This document shows, one piece after another, positions 1-9,547 of a stretch of DNA of 32,000 bases. Numbering within the stretch: position 1 is the first letter of the stretch; each line of letters starts with the position of its first letter. The stretch is from Raphidiopsis brookii D9 (GTDB taxonomy: Bacteria > Cyanobacteriota > Cyanobacteriia > Cyanobacteriales > Nostocaceae). A program made the translations under genes and the position numbers. The notes beneath the pieces are model-generated. The model was not told the DNA's origin. It made no database searches and was given only the letters and a program-made list of their open reading frames with translations. The DNA is taken from assembly GCA_000175855.1 (NCBI GenBank), contig ACYB01000046.1, positions 207,573 to 239,572 of the forward strand, read 5' to 3'.

Positions 1-513
1 GCCTTGGTCTGGTTGCACGGTCACAGGTCCTGGTGTCATAATTTCCCGTAAAGTAGTATACTGGAACGGGTAGATGTTTTTAATATCTGACTGGGTGATA
101 ATTCCCACTAACTGACCCTGATCTACTACTGGAAACCCTCGATGATGAGAACGAGAAAAGGCTTGAATAGCCTCTTTTATAGACATCTGGGCATCTAACG
201 TTTCTACTCGTTTTTGCATTACATCTTCAGCTTTTAATTTAGTTAAAACACCTTCAATAGGACTATTTTTTTCAATGGTAATCCCATTTAGTTTCAGTAA
301 TTCATCATATAGTGAACCTGGTACAAAGTAGTCTGCAACTAAGTAAGCTGTTACAGCAACAATCATTAAAGGCAATACCAGATTAAAATCTGTAGTTAAC
401 TCAAAAACAATGACAATAGCAGTAATAGGAACCTTAGAAACTGCACTAAAGAAACCTCCCATTCCTGCTAAAGCGTAAGTATTAAGGGAACCAAAAACCC
501 AAAAAATTGCACC
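1..513 (-). CDS. C-terminal part of a ClC chloride channel (last TM segments plus CBS domain). It lies in a different frame from 468..1571 and runs off the window.
   Basis: Hand translation of the minus strand gives GAIFWVFGSLNTYALAGMGGFFSAVSKVPITAIVIVFELTTDFNLVLPLMIVAVTAYLVADY...EDVMQKRVETLDAQMSIKEAIQAFSRSHHRGFPVVDQGQLVGIITQSDI. This is the ClC selectivity-filter-proximal helix followed by a CBS motif. The frame is open from 513 down to base 1. Confidence 0.8.
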
Positions 514-1571
514 TCAAAAACCCCAATAATATGACCCAAACAGGAACCTAAAATCAAACTGGGGGCAAATAATCCCCCTGGGGCACCGGAACCAAAGGCA
601 ATTAGGGTAAGAATAAATTGACTAATGAAGGTAATAGTAGCTAACAGCAGATTAGGCTCACTAGCAATCATGTATTCTCTCAAACCAGCATTATCTCGAT
701 AATATTCTGGTAGCAAAGCCACAATCAACCCAGAAATTAGACCTGCTAGAGCTACCCGTAAAGGTAAAGTAATATGCAATCTTTGATAAATTTTAAGACT
801 AAGTCTTAGCCCATGACGAAACACAGCACTGAATAAGCCAATAATTACCCCCAAAAGCAGAAAAATGGGAATTTCTGGGACGTAAAACTGAGCAGAATAG
901 TTAACCAGTTCTCGATTGAGTTGTAAAGTTCCACCACCCAATAATCTGGAAATTACCCCCCCAATAAAACAAGCAATAATAGCAGTTCCCAGAGTTAATT
1001 CCGACAGGTCTTTCAGTAGTTCCTCAATAATAAATAGCACTCCAGTAATGGGAGCATTAAAAGCAGCAGATAAACCTGCACCAGCACCTGCAGCAATCAT
1101 TTGGCGACGATGTTCAGGAGATGTGGGCACTAAACGGCTCATCCCTGCAGCTAAACCCGCACCAACCTGTATAGTCGGTCCCTGTCTCCCCAAAATTAAA
1201 CCCGATCCCAAAGCAAAAATAGTACTGATTAACTTAATCCCCACCACTTGCCAAGATAACCTGATAGGAACATTACCTAAACTGGCTTTCACTTGAGGTA
1301 TACCACTACCAGCAGCTTCCGGAGCAAATCGTTGGATTAACCAACCAGCAAAAAATCCAAAACTCATGCCAATCAGTGGTAATACTAACCAAGCTGGTAA
1401 AATATGGGTACTATGAATACGCCATGTTCCTAACCATCCGGAGCTCTGTTTGAGTAAAACAGCTGATACAGCAGCTACAATACCGATAATAGAGGCCTCC
1501 GCGATCGCCAGACCCTTTCTGGGTTGCCAGATTTGACGAAATTGTTTGGCGAGCCGATCAACAATCAACAT
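468..1571 (-). CDS. ClC-family voltage-gated chloride channel, N-terminal and core part. It ends prematurely at a frameshift.
   Basis: 367-aa ORF with ClC motifs GSGIPQ, GRQGP(T), GAPGGLFAPSL and many TM segments. The C-terminal continuation is found in another frame (1..513). Confidence 0.85.
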   Translation of the reverse strand: MLIVDRLAKQFRQIWQPRKGLAIAEASIIGIVAAVSAVLLKQSSGWLGTWRIHSTHILPAWLVLPLIGMSFGFFAGWLIQRFAPEAAGSGIPQVKASLGNVPIRLSWQVVGIKLISTIFALGSGLILGRQGPTIQVGAGLAAGMSRLVPTSPEHRRQMIAAGAGAGLSAAFNAPITGVLFIIEELLKDLSELTLGTAIIACFIGGVISRLLGGGTLQLNRELVNYSAQFYVPEIPIFLLLGVIIGLFSAVFRHGLRLSLKIYQRLHITLPLRVALAGLISGLIVALLPEYYRDNAGLREYMIASEPNLLLATITFISQFILTLIAFGSGAPGGLFAPSLILGSCLGHIIGVFEVQFFGFLVPLILTL

Positions 1572-1590
1572 ATAGCAACGTATAAATGCT

Positions 1591-2919
1591 TTAATAACTT
1601 GTATTTATTCCATTTTTACCGATAGTGGAAAGGCCTTCTACTATAATAGAAGGAGTATAACAAGAACCGTTCCAATCAGCATCACCACCGATCTTAACTA
1701 CCTGCTTGAGTGCAGTGTAAACATTACCAGCAACCATAGTATCTTTAACTCGACCGATAATTTCTCCTTTTTCCACTAGATATCCCAAATCAACATTAAT
1801 AGCAAAATCCCCAGAAATTCCTCCGCTCCCACCCAGCATTTGATCCACAATTAAACCTGTATCCATAGATTTAATTAACTCCAGCAGGGATTCCCTACCG
1901 GGTTGGATGAGAAAATTAAACATACCAGGAGCGGGGTAGCTACCCAGACCTGGGCGAAAGCCATTACCTGTAGTTCCCATACCTAAGAGACTACCAGTAG
2001 TGCGATCGCTGTAGAAGTTGCGTAAAACCCCCTGATCAACAAATATCAAAGACCGGGTAGGGGTGCCTTCATCATCAAAAGGACAGCTATAGGGACCTGC
2101 TTGGGGATCCTGATATAAAGTAAGATTAGGTGTCATAATTGACTGGCCCAATCTATCAGACCAGGGGGAGGCCCCTTCCCACACCTGTTTAGCATTTAGA
2201 GCAGCCTGTACAGTTCCCCAAAGCATATCAGCAGCTTTAGATGTAAACAAAATAGGCGATCGCCGGGTGGGGGTAGGAACATTTTGTTCGGCCCAGGTTA
2301 ATCGCTGGAGAATTTGATGTGCCACTTTTAGGGGGTCAAGTTGACCGCGTTGAGTTTGTCCATCAGCAACACTTAAAAAATCATCACCTCTAACCCATTC
2401 AGCGGACATATAGCAACTGAGGGTAGTGTCACTGTAATCACAGTTTAGACCCTGACTATTAATTAACCTAATACTTTCCACATCGCATTCCCAGTCACCA
2501 TTACAAACAACATCGGGATAGAAGTCACGCACCTCGGCGATCGCAGTTTTGCCCCAATTTATCAGTTGTTCTACGGATACGGAAATACCTATATCGAGGT
2601 AAGATTGGGGAGAATGGGAACCCAGTTCTACCGATTCTGGTTCATTTAGTTGACTCAGGGCTAGGGCCCGTTCTACCATTCCTTGGGGGTCTAAAGGACC
2701 GTAGGCCACAGTAAGTCCTGGGCGGCCATTTTTCCACAGTCGGAGTGCAGCACCTTCGGACTGACTAGTTTCTAATTGTTTAAGACGATTAGCCTCAAAA
2801 AACACGGGACGAGAAAGTGAACGGGACTGATATACTTCTGCGGCCTCGGCCCCGGATTTTAAGGCTAGTTCCAGCAGCTGTTCAGCTTGTGTATCGTGGG
2901 AAAAGTTTGCAGGACCCAT
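1591..2919 (-). CDS. pmbA: TldD/PmbA-family metalloprotease (PmbA/TldE-like)
   Basis: 442-aa ORF. The C-terminal region GGSGGISGDFAINVDLGYLVEKGEI...AGNVYTALK is typical of the PmbA/TldD fold. Confidence 0.8.
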   Translation of the reverse strand: MGPANFSHDTQAEQLLELALKSGAEAAEVYQSRSLSRPVFFEANRLKQLETSQSEGAALRLWKNGRPGLTVAYGPLDPQGMVERALALSQLNEPESVELGSHSPQSYLDIGISVSVEQLINWGKTAIAEVRDFYPDVVCNGDWECDVESIRLINSQGLNCDYSDTTLSCYMSAEWVRGDDFLSVADGQTQRGQLDPLKVAHQILQRLTWAEQNVPTPTRRSPILFTSKAADMLWGTVQAALNAKQVWEGASPWSDRLGQSIMTPNLTLYQDPQAGPYSCPFDDEGTPTRSLIFVDQGVLRNFYSDRTTGSLLGMGTTGNGFRPGLGSYPAPGMFNFLIQPGRESLLELIKSMDTGLIVDQMLGGSGGISGDFAINVDLGYLVEKGEIIGRVKDTMVAGNVYTALKQVVKIGGDADWNGSCYTPSIIVEGLSTIGKNGINTSY

Positions 2920-3255
2920 GTTCCTTAATTCATGATAAGTGCTGTAAAACCTGAATGGGTTTTGCTAACGGAGGAATTTAGCTCTAGCCATAAAAGTCCA
3001 TAAAAGTGTTGTACCTACAAACAGCTTATCAAACCTGGGGAAAAAATTAGCAATTTCTTCTGTGGGAGTGAATTTCTAATCTTTTTTCCACATAGACGCA
3101 ATTGTTTCCCTGTAGCACACTTTCAATGTGAATTTTAAGGCGTGTTCTTATGTAAACTGGTTGACATTTTCTCTAGACTAAGTTAAAGTGTGTTGAAATT
3201 GTACGAATTAACACTCTTTAGTTTAGTCAGCAATCTTCAATTTGTAAATTCTATC

Positions 3256-4551
3256 ATGGGTGATCTAGAATCCAAGCCAAATCCGCAACTGCCAAGATCA
3301 TTAATCATTTTGGGAACCACCATAGTGGTGGGGTTTGGTGGGTTCCAGGTCTACAAGATCCGGCAAAATAAACAAGAAAAAACTAGTTCAACACAAGCTG
3401 TGACAATTACAACACCGCCAGTTCGCACAGTAACGGCTTTAGGGAGACTGGAACCGAGAGGAAAAGTGATTAAACTTTCTGCACCCACCCCAACTCAAGG
3501 GAATAGAGTCGAGCGACTTTTAGTAGAAGAAGGGGATATGGTAAAAGTTGGACAAGTAGTGGCAATTTTGGACAGTAGATCTCGATTACAAGCAGCATAT
3601 CAGGAAGCAGAAGCAACAGTAAAAATAGCCCAGATTAATTTAGAAAAAGTGCAACAGGGTGCAAAAATCGGAGAAATAAAGGCGCAAAAGGCAGAAATCG
3701 GCAGAATAGAAGCACAAAGAATTGGCGATGAAAGTGGACAGCAATTGACAATATTAAGACTAGAGGCTCAATGGCAAGGTGAAACCACATCACAAAGGGC
3801 AATAATTAATAGATTACAGGTACAAATAAAAAACGCCCAATTAGAATTAGAAAGATATCAGCAACTTTACCGAGATGGAGCAATTTCCCAGTCCTTGTTC
3901 GATAGCAAAACACTAACCGTTGAAACTATTGCCCAACAGTTAAAAGAAGCAACAGCAAACCTGGAGCGCATGGATAAAAGTGGAAGAAGGCAAATTGAGG
4001 AAGCAAAAACTGCTCTCAATCGGATTCGCTCTACGGGTGGGGAACAAATCATTTCAGCTAAAGCAACCCTCGATAAAATTGCTGAAGTACGTCCAATAGA
4101 CGTAGCAGCTGCGAGAGCTGAATTAAATCGTGCCAAAGCTGTAGCAAAGCAAGCCAAAGCCAGTTTTGATCAGGTTTACATTAAATCTCCTCAAAAGGGA
4201 ATAATATTTGATATCCACACCCGTGCTGGAGAGCTAGTAGGGAACGAAGGGATAGTAGAAATTGGGGAAACAAGCCAGATGTACGCAGTAGCAGAAGTCT
4301 ACCAAAGTGACATCAGTAAAATTCTTCCTCAGCAACGGGTTAAAATATTGAGTAGTTCTCTAGAGGGAGAATTGCAGGGAACAGTAGATAGAATTGGTTG
4401 GGAAGTAAAAAGACAAAATGTGATTAATTCCGATCCCAGCGACAATATTGATGCAAGAGTTGTAGAAGTTTACATCAAACTAGACCCACAATCCAGTCAG
4501 AAAGCCGAAAAATTCACCAATTTACAAATCAAGGCGGTAATTTCCCTATGA
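3256..4551 (+). CDS. devB: ABC exporter membrane fusion protein, DevB/HlyD family
   Basis: N-terminal TM helix (SLIILGTTIVVGFGGFQVY), a long coiled-coil region rich in Q/E/A/K, and a C-terminal beta-barrel region. The stop overlaps the devC start (ATGA). I prefer ATG 3256 over the GTG at 3190 given in the ORF track. Confidence 0.8.
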   Translation: MGDLESKPNPQLPRSLIILGTTIVVGFGGFQVYKIRQNKQEKTSSTQAVTITTPPVRTVTALGRLEPRGKVIKLSAPTPTQGNRVERLLVEEGDMVKVGQVVAILDSRSRLQAAYQEAEATVKIAQINLEKVQQGAKIGEIKAQKAEIGRIEAQRIGDESGQQLTILRLEAQWQGETTSQRAIINRLQVQIKNAQLELERYQQLYRDGAISQSLFDSKTLTVETIAQQLKEATANLERMDKSGRRQIEEAKTALNRIRSTGGEQIISAKATLDKIAEVRPIDVAAARAELNRAKAVAKQAKASFDQVYIKSPQKGIIFDIHTRAGELVGNEGIVEIGETSQMYAVAEVYQSDISKILPQQRVKILSSSLEGELQGTVDRIGWEVKRQNVINSDPSDNIDARVVEVYIKLDPQSSQKAEKFTNLQIKAVISL

Positions 4552-5729
4552 TGGGACTAATTCAGGAATTCCAAAGACGTACACCCTTGGGATGGTTGCA
4601 ACTAAGTCGTCATAGAAGTCGGTTATTAGTTGCTATTTCTGGCATAGCCTTCGCTGATGTGCTAATCTTCATGCAGTTAGGTTTTCAAAATGCTTTATAT
4701 GACAGTAATACCAGATTAAACCGAGCCATGATTGGAGATATAGTTTTAATTAGTCCCCAAAGTAAAAATATGCAAAATATGTCTACCTTTTCGCGCAGGA
4801 GACTATTACAAGCGGCAGATATACCTGGGGTAAAATCCACAAAAGCCATGTATACTGGTTTAGTAGCATGGAAAAATCCTCAAACGAAGCGAAGAACCTC
4901 TGTGCAAGCAATTGGATTTAGTCCCGAAGAATTGGCATTAAACATACCAGCAATTAAAAATCAATTGGATACCATTAAACTCCCTGATTATTTTTTATTT
5001 GATCGCGGTGCTAGAGGAGAATACAAACAAATGTTTGCAGAAATAGACCGAGGGAAAATAGTCAGCACAGAAATAGAAAAAAGAACAATTTATGTGGGTG
5101 GATTGTTTAAATTAGGAGCTTCCTTTGGTGCAGATGGCATATTAGTTTCGAGTGATGAGAACTTCTTGCGGATATTTCCTAGAAGACAGGTAGGAAGTAT
5201 TAGTTTGGGGTTAATTAATGTGCAACCAGGGTATGAAGTTGCCCAAGTAGCAGCAGCATTGAAATCTCGCTTACAGGATAATCAAGATGTAAAAGTTTTG
5301 ACCTTTCCAGAATATATCAAATTTGAAGAAGCATATTGGAGGAAAGAAAGTCCGATTGGATTTATTTTCAGTTTAGGGGTGGCTATGGGATTTGTGGTGG
5401 GAGTAATTATTGTCTATCAAGTTTTATCAACGGATGTCAATTCTCACTTGAAGGAATATGCCACTTTCAAAGCTATGGGATACAATAATATATATCTATT
5501 AGGAGTGATTTTTGAAGAAGCCATTATTTTAGCTACCCTGGGATTTATTCCCGGATTTATCATTCCGCTGGGATTATATCAATTGGCAAGAAATGCCACT
5601 AACTTGCCCATATATATGACTTTAACTAGAGCTATATTCGTCTTAGCTTTGACGTTTGTTATGTGTACATTTTCCGGTTCCATCGCAACTAGTAAACTAC
5701 AATCAGCTGATCCAGCGGATATGTTTTGA
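4548..5729 (+). CDS. devC: ABC exporter permease, DevC/FtsX-like family
   Basis: 393-aa ORF with an N-terminal TM helix, a large periplasmic domain and three C-terminal TM helices (FtsX architecture). It sits between devB-like and devA-like genes. Confidence 0.8.
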   Translation: MMGLIQEFQRRTPLGWLQLSRHRSRLLVAISGIAFADVLIFMQLGFQNALYDSNTRLNRAMIGDIVLISPQSKNMQNMSTFSRRRLLQAADIPGVKSTKAMYTGLVAWKNPQTKRRTSVQAIGFSPEELALNIPAIKNQLDTIKLPDYFLFDRGARGEYKQMFAEIDRGKIVSTEIEKRTIYVGGLFKLGASFGADGILVSSDENFLRIFPRRQVGSISLGLINVQPGYEVAQVAAALKSRLQDNQDVKVLTFPEYIKFEEAYWRKESPIGFIFSLGVAMGFVVGVIIVYQVLSTDVNSHLKEYATFKAMGYNNIYLLGVIFEEAIILATLGFIPGFIIPLGLYQLARNATNLPIYMTLTRAIFVLALTFVMCTFSGSIATSKLQSADPADMF

Positions 5730-5753
5730 TTATATTAGTATATCTTAAACAAC

Positions 5754-6470
5754 ATGGCAAACCCTCAATCATCATTAAAAGTATCACCTGTAGAACCGGT
5801 AATTGAGATTGAAAATCTAGATCACTATTTTGGCACGGGATACCTCAGAAAGCAAATATTATTCAATATCAACCTGAGAATTAATGCAGGGGAGATAGTG
5901 ATTATGACTGGTCCGTCGGGATCGGGTAAAACTACTCTATTAACCCTGGTAGGAGGTTTACGCTCTGTACAGTCTGGAAGTTTAAAAATCCTAGGTCAGG
6001 ATTTAAGTAAAGCCAGTTTAAAACAACTGACACAGTCTAGAATAAGTAACGGTTATATTTTCCAATCCCATGGTCTACATGGAAGTTTAACCGCAATCCA
6101 AAACGTGAGAATGGGTTTAGAAGTTCATCCGAGAATTCCCGCAAGAGAAATGATGATCCGTTCCCGTCAAATTTTGGAAACAGTTGGGTTAGGAGAAAGA
6201 CTCAATTATTATCCAGATAACCTATCAGGGGGTCAAAAACAAAGAGTGGCGATCGCCCGTGCATTAGTCAGCGATCCCAAGATTGTGTTAGCTGATGAAC
6301 CAACTGCTGCATTGGATAAACAATCAGGTAGGGATGTAGTAGATCTGATGCACAGATTAGCTAAAGAACATAATTCAACAATTTTACTTGTCACCCATGA
6401 CAATCGGATTTTAGACATAGCAGATCGGATTATTTATATGGATGATGGTCATTTAAGTGAACATGGTTGA
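5754..6470 (+). CDS. devA: ABC exporter ATP-binding protein, DevA family
   Basis: Walker A GPSGSGKTT, signature LSGGQKQRVAIARAL, Walker B VLADEPT. Confidence 0.85.
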   Translation: MANPQSSLKVSPVEPVIEIENLDHYFGTGYLRKQILFNINLRINAGEIVIMTGPSGSGKTTLLTLVGGLRSVQSGSLKILGQDLSKASLKQLTQSRISNGYIFQSHGLHGSLTAIQNVRMGLEVHPRIPAREMMIRSRQILETVGLGERLNYYPDNLSGGQKQRVAIARALVSDPKIVLADEPTAALDKQSGRDVVDLMHRLAKEHNSTILLVTHDNRILDIADRIIYMDDGHLSEHG

Positions 6471-6522
6471 ATGGGGAAAGTTGAGATATGTCTACGTGAA
6501 TTATCTGTTAGATATTGATTTG

Positions 6523-7185
6523 TTAGTTTTTTCTCGCGAGTGTTAATCCATCTGCTATGGGGACTAGACTTAGGGTGATTCTTGAGTCTCGATGTAATTT
6601 TTGATTAAATGCACGAATTTTGCTGGTTTGGTTGTCTTGTACTTCTGGATCTGCTACTCTTCCTGACCAAAGCACATTATCTACCGCAATTAACCCACCG
6701 GATCTAATTAGTTCTAGCGATCGCTCGTAATAATTTTCATAGTTGGCCTTATCTGCATCTATAAAGGCAAAATCAAAGGTTTCTGCTTCCCCTGCTGCTA
6801 ATAGTTTATCTAGAGTTTCTAATGCTGGAGCTAGTTGTAGGTCAATTTTATCTGCTACTCCCGCCCTTTGCCAGTATATTCGAGCCATATTAGTGTACTC
6901 TTCGCTGATATCACAAGCAATGATTTTGCCATCATCAGGTAAAGACAAAGCCACTACCAGGGAACTGTAACCAGTGAATACTCCTATATCTAAAGTCTTT
7001 TTTGCTCCTAAGATTTTAATTAGCAGGGCCATAAATTGTCCCTGCTCAGGGGAAATCTGCATCATGGACATTGGCAGCTTAGCAGTTTCTTGACGTAATT
7101 CCCTGAGAATTTCCACTTCGCGCAGGGAGTTTCTCAGGAGGTAATTATATAGATCCGTTCCTAAACCCAGGGTTTGTTTTGTCAT
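6523..7185 (-). CDS. Class I SAM-dependent O-methyltransferase (caffeoyl-CoA OMT-like)
   Basis: 220 aa. SAM-binding motif LDIGVFTGYSSL and the metal/catechol OMT-type motifs FAFIDADK and GGLIAVDNVLW. Confidence 0.8.
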   Translation of the reverse strand: MTKQTLGLGTDLYNYLLRNSLREVEILRELRQETAKLPMSMMQISPEQGQFMALLIKILGAKKTLDIGVFTGYSSLVVALSLPDDGKIIACDISEEYTNMARIYWQRAGVADKIDLQLAPALETLDKLLAAGEAETFDFAFIDADKANYENYYERSLELIRSGGLIAVDNVLWSGRVADPEVQDNQTSKIRAFNQKLHRDSRITLSLVPIADGLTLARKN

Positions 7186-7373
7186 GGTATAGTGTAAGAG
7201 TGATTTTTGACTATTATATCCTTGTGCGCACGCGGAATATGTTGAGAGATGTTGCGGTGATGCAAAAAGTTGATCTTGGTTCCCAGGTTTGAAGTTATAA
7301 TCTAAAAAGTGTTCTTGGAGAACCAGGTGTTATTATGTGATATCATCAGCGGTTTGTATTTAAGGGGGTAAAG

Positions 7374-8312
7374 ATGAGTCGTCCAATTATTCTTGGTATT
7401 GTCGGTGATAGTGCTGCGGGAAAAACCACCCTCACTAGGGGTATAGCCCAGGTGCTAGGACCAGAAAATGTAACTCTCATCTGTACTGATGATTATCACC
7501 GGTATGACCGCCAGCAAAGGGCAGAAATTGGCATTACTGCTCTTCATCCAGACTGTAACTATCTGGACATTATGCAACAACACTTGTCCACTTTGCGCAC
7601 AGGTCAACCTATTCTCAAACCAGTCTACAGCCATAAAACAGGAAGTTTTGAACCTCCTCAATACATTCAACCCAATAAGTTTGTCATTGTTGAAGGGTTG
7701 CTGGGCTATTCTACCCGTGCTGCGCGTGACGCTTATGATGTCAAAGTCTATCTAGCTCCTCCAGAATCTCTACGAGCTGATTGGAAGATCAAAAGGGATA
7801 CCCAAAAGCGGGGTTATACCCAAGAACAAGTGTTAGCAGAATTAGAAAAGCGGGAACCAGATTCGGAACAGTTTATTCGTCCTCAACGTCAATGGTCTGA
7901 TATTGTAGTTACCTTCTATCCCCCCAATGACAATGAAACGGAAAATGGTGGACATCTTAATGTGCGGTTAATCTTGCGCCCTACTATTCCCCATCCTGAT
8001 TTTACTCAAATTCTTCATCCAGATAATGATGACTCAGAATCACCTGTGCGATTGGGACTGGACAGGGATATGGGTAAACCAGTTGATGTGTTAGAAGTTG
8101 ATGGACACGCGACTTTAGAACAGGTTAATAAAATAGAGCATATTATGTGTAATGATATGCCCTATCTTAAAAATGTGTGCGATCGCGAGATTAATCCTGA
8201 ACTGGGTAAGATTGCTGGCACAACTGGGGAAACTTTGCAAAGTTATCCATTGGCAATAACACAATTGATAGTTACCTATCATATGTTGAAGGCAACTCAA
8301 GGGCATTCTTAA
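7374..8312 (+). CDS. Phosphoribulokinase/uridine kinase family protein (short PRK-like paralogue)
   Basis: P-loop GIVGDSAAGKTT followed by CTDDYHRYDR and EGLLGY, all PRK/UK family hallmarks. At 312 aa it is shorter than the canonical ~333-aa cyanobacterial Prk as I remember it. Confidence 0.7.
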   Translation: MSRPIILGIVGDSAAGKTTLTRGIAQVLGPENVTLICTDDYHRYDRQQRAEIGITALHPDCNYLDIMQQHLSTLRTGQPILKPVYSHKTGSFEPPQYIQPNKFVIVEGLLGYSTRAARDAYDVKVYLAPPESLRADWKIKRDTQKRGYTQEQVLAELEKREPDSEQFIRPQRQWSDIVVTFYPPNDNETENGGHLNVRLILRPTIPHPDFTQILHPDNDDSESPVRLGLDRDMGKPVDVLEVDGHATLEQVNKIEHIMCNDMPYLKNVCDREINPELGKIAGTTGETLQSYPLAITQLIVTYHMLKATQGHS

Positions 8313-9162
8313 AGGAGGAAGAGGTGATGTGATGAGACAAAAAACCATACCAATCATCTAAACCTGCACCAGTACTAGCAGAAACTTGATAAACCCGAAT
8401 GTGGGGATTAACCTTTTTCGCATAGTCAATACATTTTTCCACATCAAACTGTAAATAGGGTAATAAATCTATTTTAGTCAGAATCATAACATCACTGAGA
8501 CGAAAGATGTGGGGGTATTTCATGGGTTTATCTTCCCCTTCTGTAACCGAGAGAATAACAACTTTAGTCTGCTCCCCCAGGTCAAATAATGCGGGACAGA
8601 CTAAATTGCCCACATTCTCTATCATCAATACAGAATCCAAGGGAGGTTGAAGTTCCTGGATTCCCCTTTCTATCATAGCTGCATCTAAATGACAACCTGT
8701 ACCCGTATTTATTTGTATTACCCTGCAACCTGTAGATTGGATTTTTTGTGCATCGTTAGTGGTTTCCTGATCTCCTTCGATCACACTAATATTTAACTTG
8801 TGTTTTAAGTCATTAATTGTGCGAGTTAACAGAGTAGTTTTACCTGCACCTGGAGAACTCATCAGGTTTAGAGCTAGGATATTTCGCCCTTTAAACCACC
8901 CTCTATTTTGAGCAGCTATTAAATTATTTTTGCCTAAAATTTCCTGTTCTAGTGATATAGTTGTGTGGTGAATTTTAGCATGAATATTTGCTGAAGATTG
9001 GTCATGTTCGTGAGGATGTTCATGAATATCATGAATATGGGAATGGCTAATTAGGGTTCCATCAGCTAGGGTATGGGTATGATAATCCCCATTTACAGGA
9101 GGGGTGTTCATATTAGTAATTCTGGCTTTTTGATTGCCATCACATCCGCAGGTTACACACAT
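8272..9162 (-). CDS. hypB: Hydrogenase nickel-incorporation GTPase HypB
   Basis: N-terminal CVTCGC motif, His-rich tract (HSHIHDIHEHPHEH), P-loop SSPGAGKTTLL and ENVGNLVCP. Confidence 0.9.
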   Translation of the reverse strand: MCVTCGCDGNQKARITNMNTPPVNGDYHTHTLADGTLISHSHIHDIHEHPHEHDQSSANIHAKIHHTTISLEQEILGKNNLIAAQNRGWFKGRNILALNLMSSPGAGKTTLLTRTINDLKHKLNISVIEGDQETTNDAQKIQSTGCRVIQINTGTGCHLDAAMIERGIQELQPPLDSVLMIENVGNLVCPALFDLGEQTKVVILSVTEGEDKPMKYPHIFRLSDVMILTKIDLLPYLQFDVEKCIDYAKKVNPHIRVYQVSASTGAGLDDWYGFLSHHITSSSFKNALELPSTYDR

Positions 9163-9494
9163 AATTCCTCCACTTCTATTTCCTTAATTTTTAATTCCTG
9201 ACCTGTGATTAAATCCAACTGTACACTACCACAGGCACAGATTCCAAAAGGCTTATCTACCGTAAATTTGGCACCACATTGTTGACATCTGGCCATTCCA
9301 GGGACTTCTATAATTTCTAATTTTGCTCCTTCAGCTATTGTACCCTCAGCACAGATATCGAAACAGAATTCTATCGCATCTGGCATTATGGCAGATAATT
9401 TACCTATTTCCAACGTCACCCGCTTAACTCGATGCTTGTGGGCATTTTCGCTAACCAGGGCAATGATGTTACGAGTTATTCCCAATTCGTGCAT
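9153..9494 (-). CDS. hypA: Hydrogenase nickel-insertion protein HypA
   Basis: 113 aa. N-terminal MHE and a zinc site CQQCG...CACGS. The 3' end overlaps the hypB start. Confidence 0.9.
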   Translation of the reverse strand: MHELGITRNIIALVSENAHKHRVKRVTLEIGKLSAIMPDAIEFCFDICAEGTIAEGAKLEIIEVPGMARCQQCGAKFTVDKPFGICACGSVQLDLITGQELKIKEIEVEELCV

Positions 9495-9547
9495 ATTTTA
9501 TATATCCTAATATCCCTAGTATTATCCCAACACTATTAGATTATAGA

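Noticed and set aside
916-1296. Many ORF-track entries lie antisense to, or out of frame within, larger well-supported genes. They are 916..1296, 3867..4157, 6233..6418, 6743..6970, 7455..7670, 7489..7755, 8115..8357, 9693..9917, 10815..11012, 15673..15867, 17465..17701, 18594..18866, 18875..19072, 19020..19211, 20526..20768, 22739..22966, 24858..25064, 26766..26981, 27723..27932, 28270..28497, 28316..28513, 28915..29205, 31189..31392 and 31773..31955.
   Set aside because: Each is fully embedded in a gene with clear family motifs on the other strand or frame. Their compositions are low-complexity or skewed (S/P/C/L-rich), and I recognise no motifs. They are shadow ORFs.
2988-3007. Tandem 10-bp duplication CCATAAAAGT x2 in the pmbA/devB divergent intergenic region
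   Set aside because: There are only two units, with no dyad symmetry and no positional relation to a recognisable promoter. It is most likely a slippage duplication.
3201-3214. NtcA-like site GTAcgaattaaCAC upstream of devB
   Set aside because: It has one mismatch to GTA-N8-TAC. No TAN3T -10 box lies at the required ~22-nt spacing; the candidates are only 4 and 9 nt away. It is too weak to call without a TSS.
3190-3255. N-terminal extensions offered by the ORF track: devB from 3190, hypE from 10708, hypC from 12095, urtE from 27437, urtC from 25628, the amidase from 29762 and the TPR gene from 21061
   Set aside because: The extensions overlap the upstream gene or use non-ATG codons. Internal starts give family-typical N-termini instead: MCLGIP for HypC, MLQISNL for UrtE, and a signal peptide for the amidase. 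For the amidase, 29762-29929 is pyrG coding sequence on the other strand.
7186-7373. Possible promoter (TATAAT in gaagTTATAATct) and partial repeats CTTGG..CCAGGT in the OMT/PRK-like divergent intergenic region
   Set aside because: The best -35-like hexamer is about 20 nt away, which is a poor spacing. The repeats are short and form no convincing stem, so there is not enough support to annotate.
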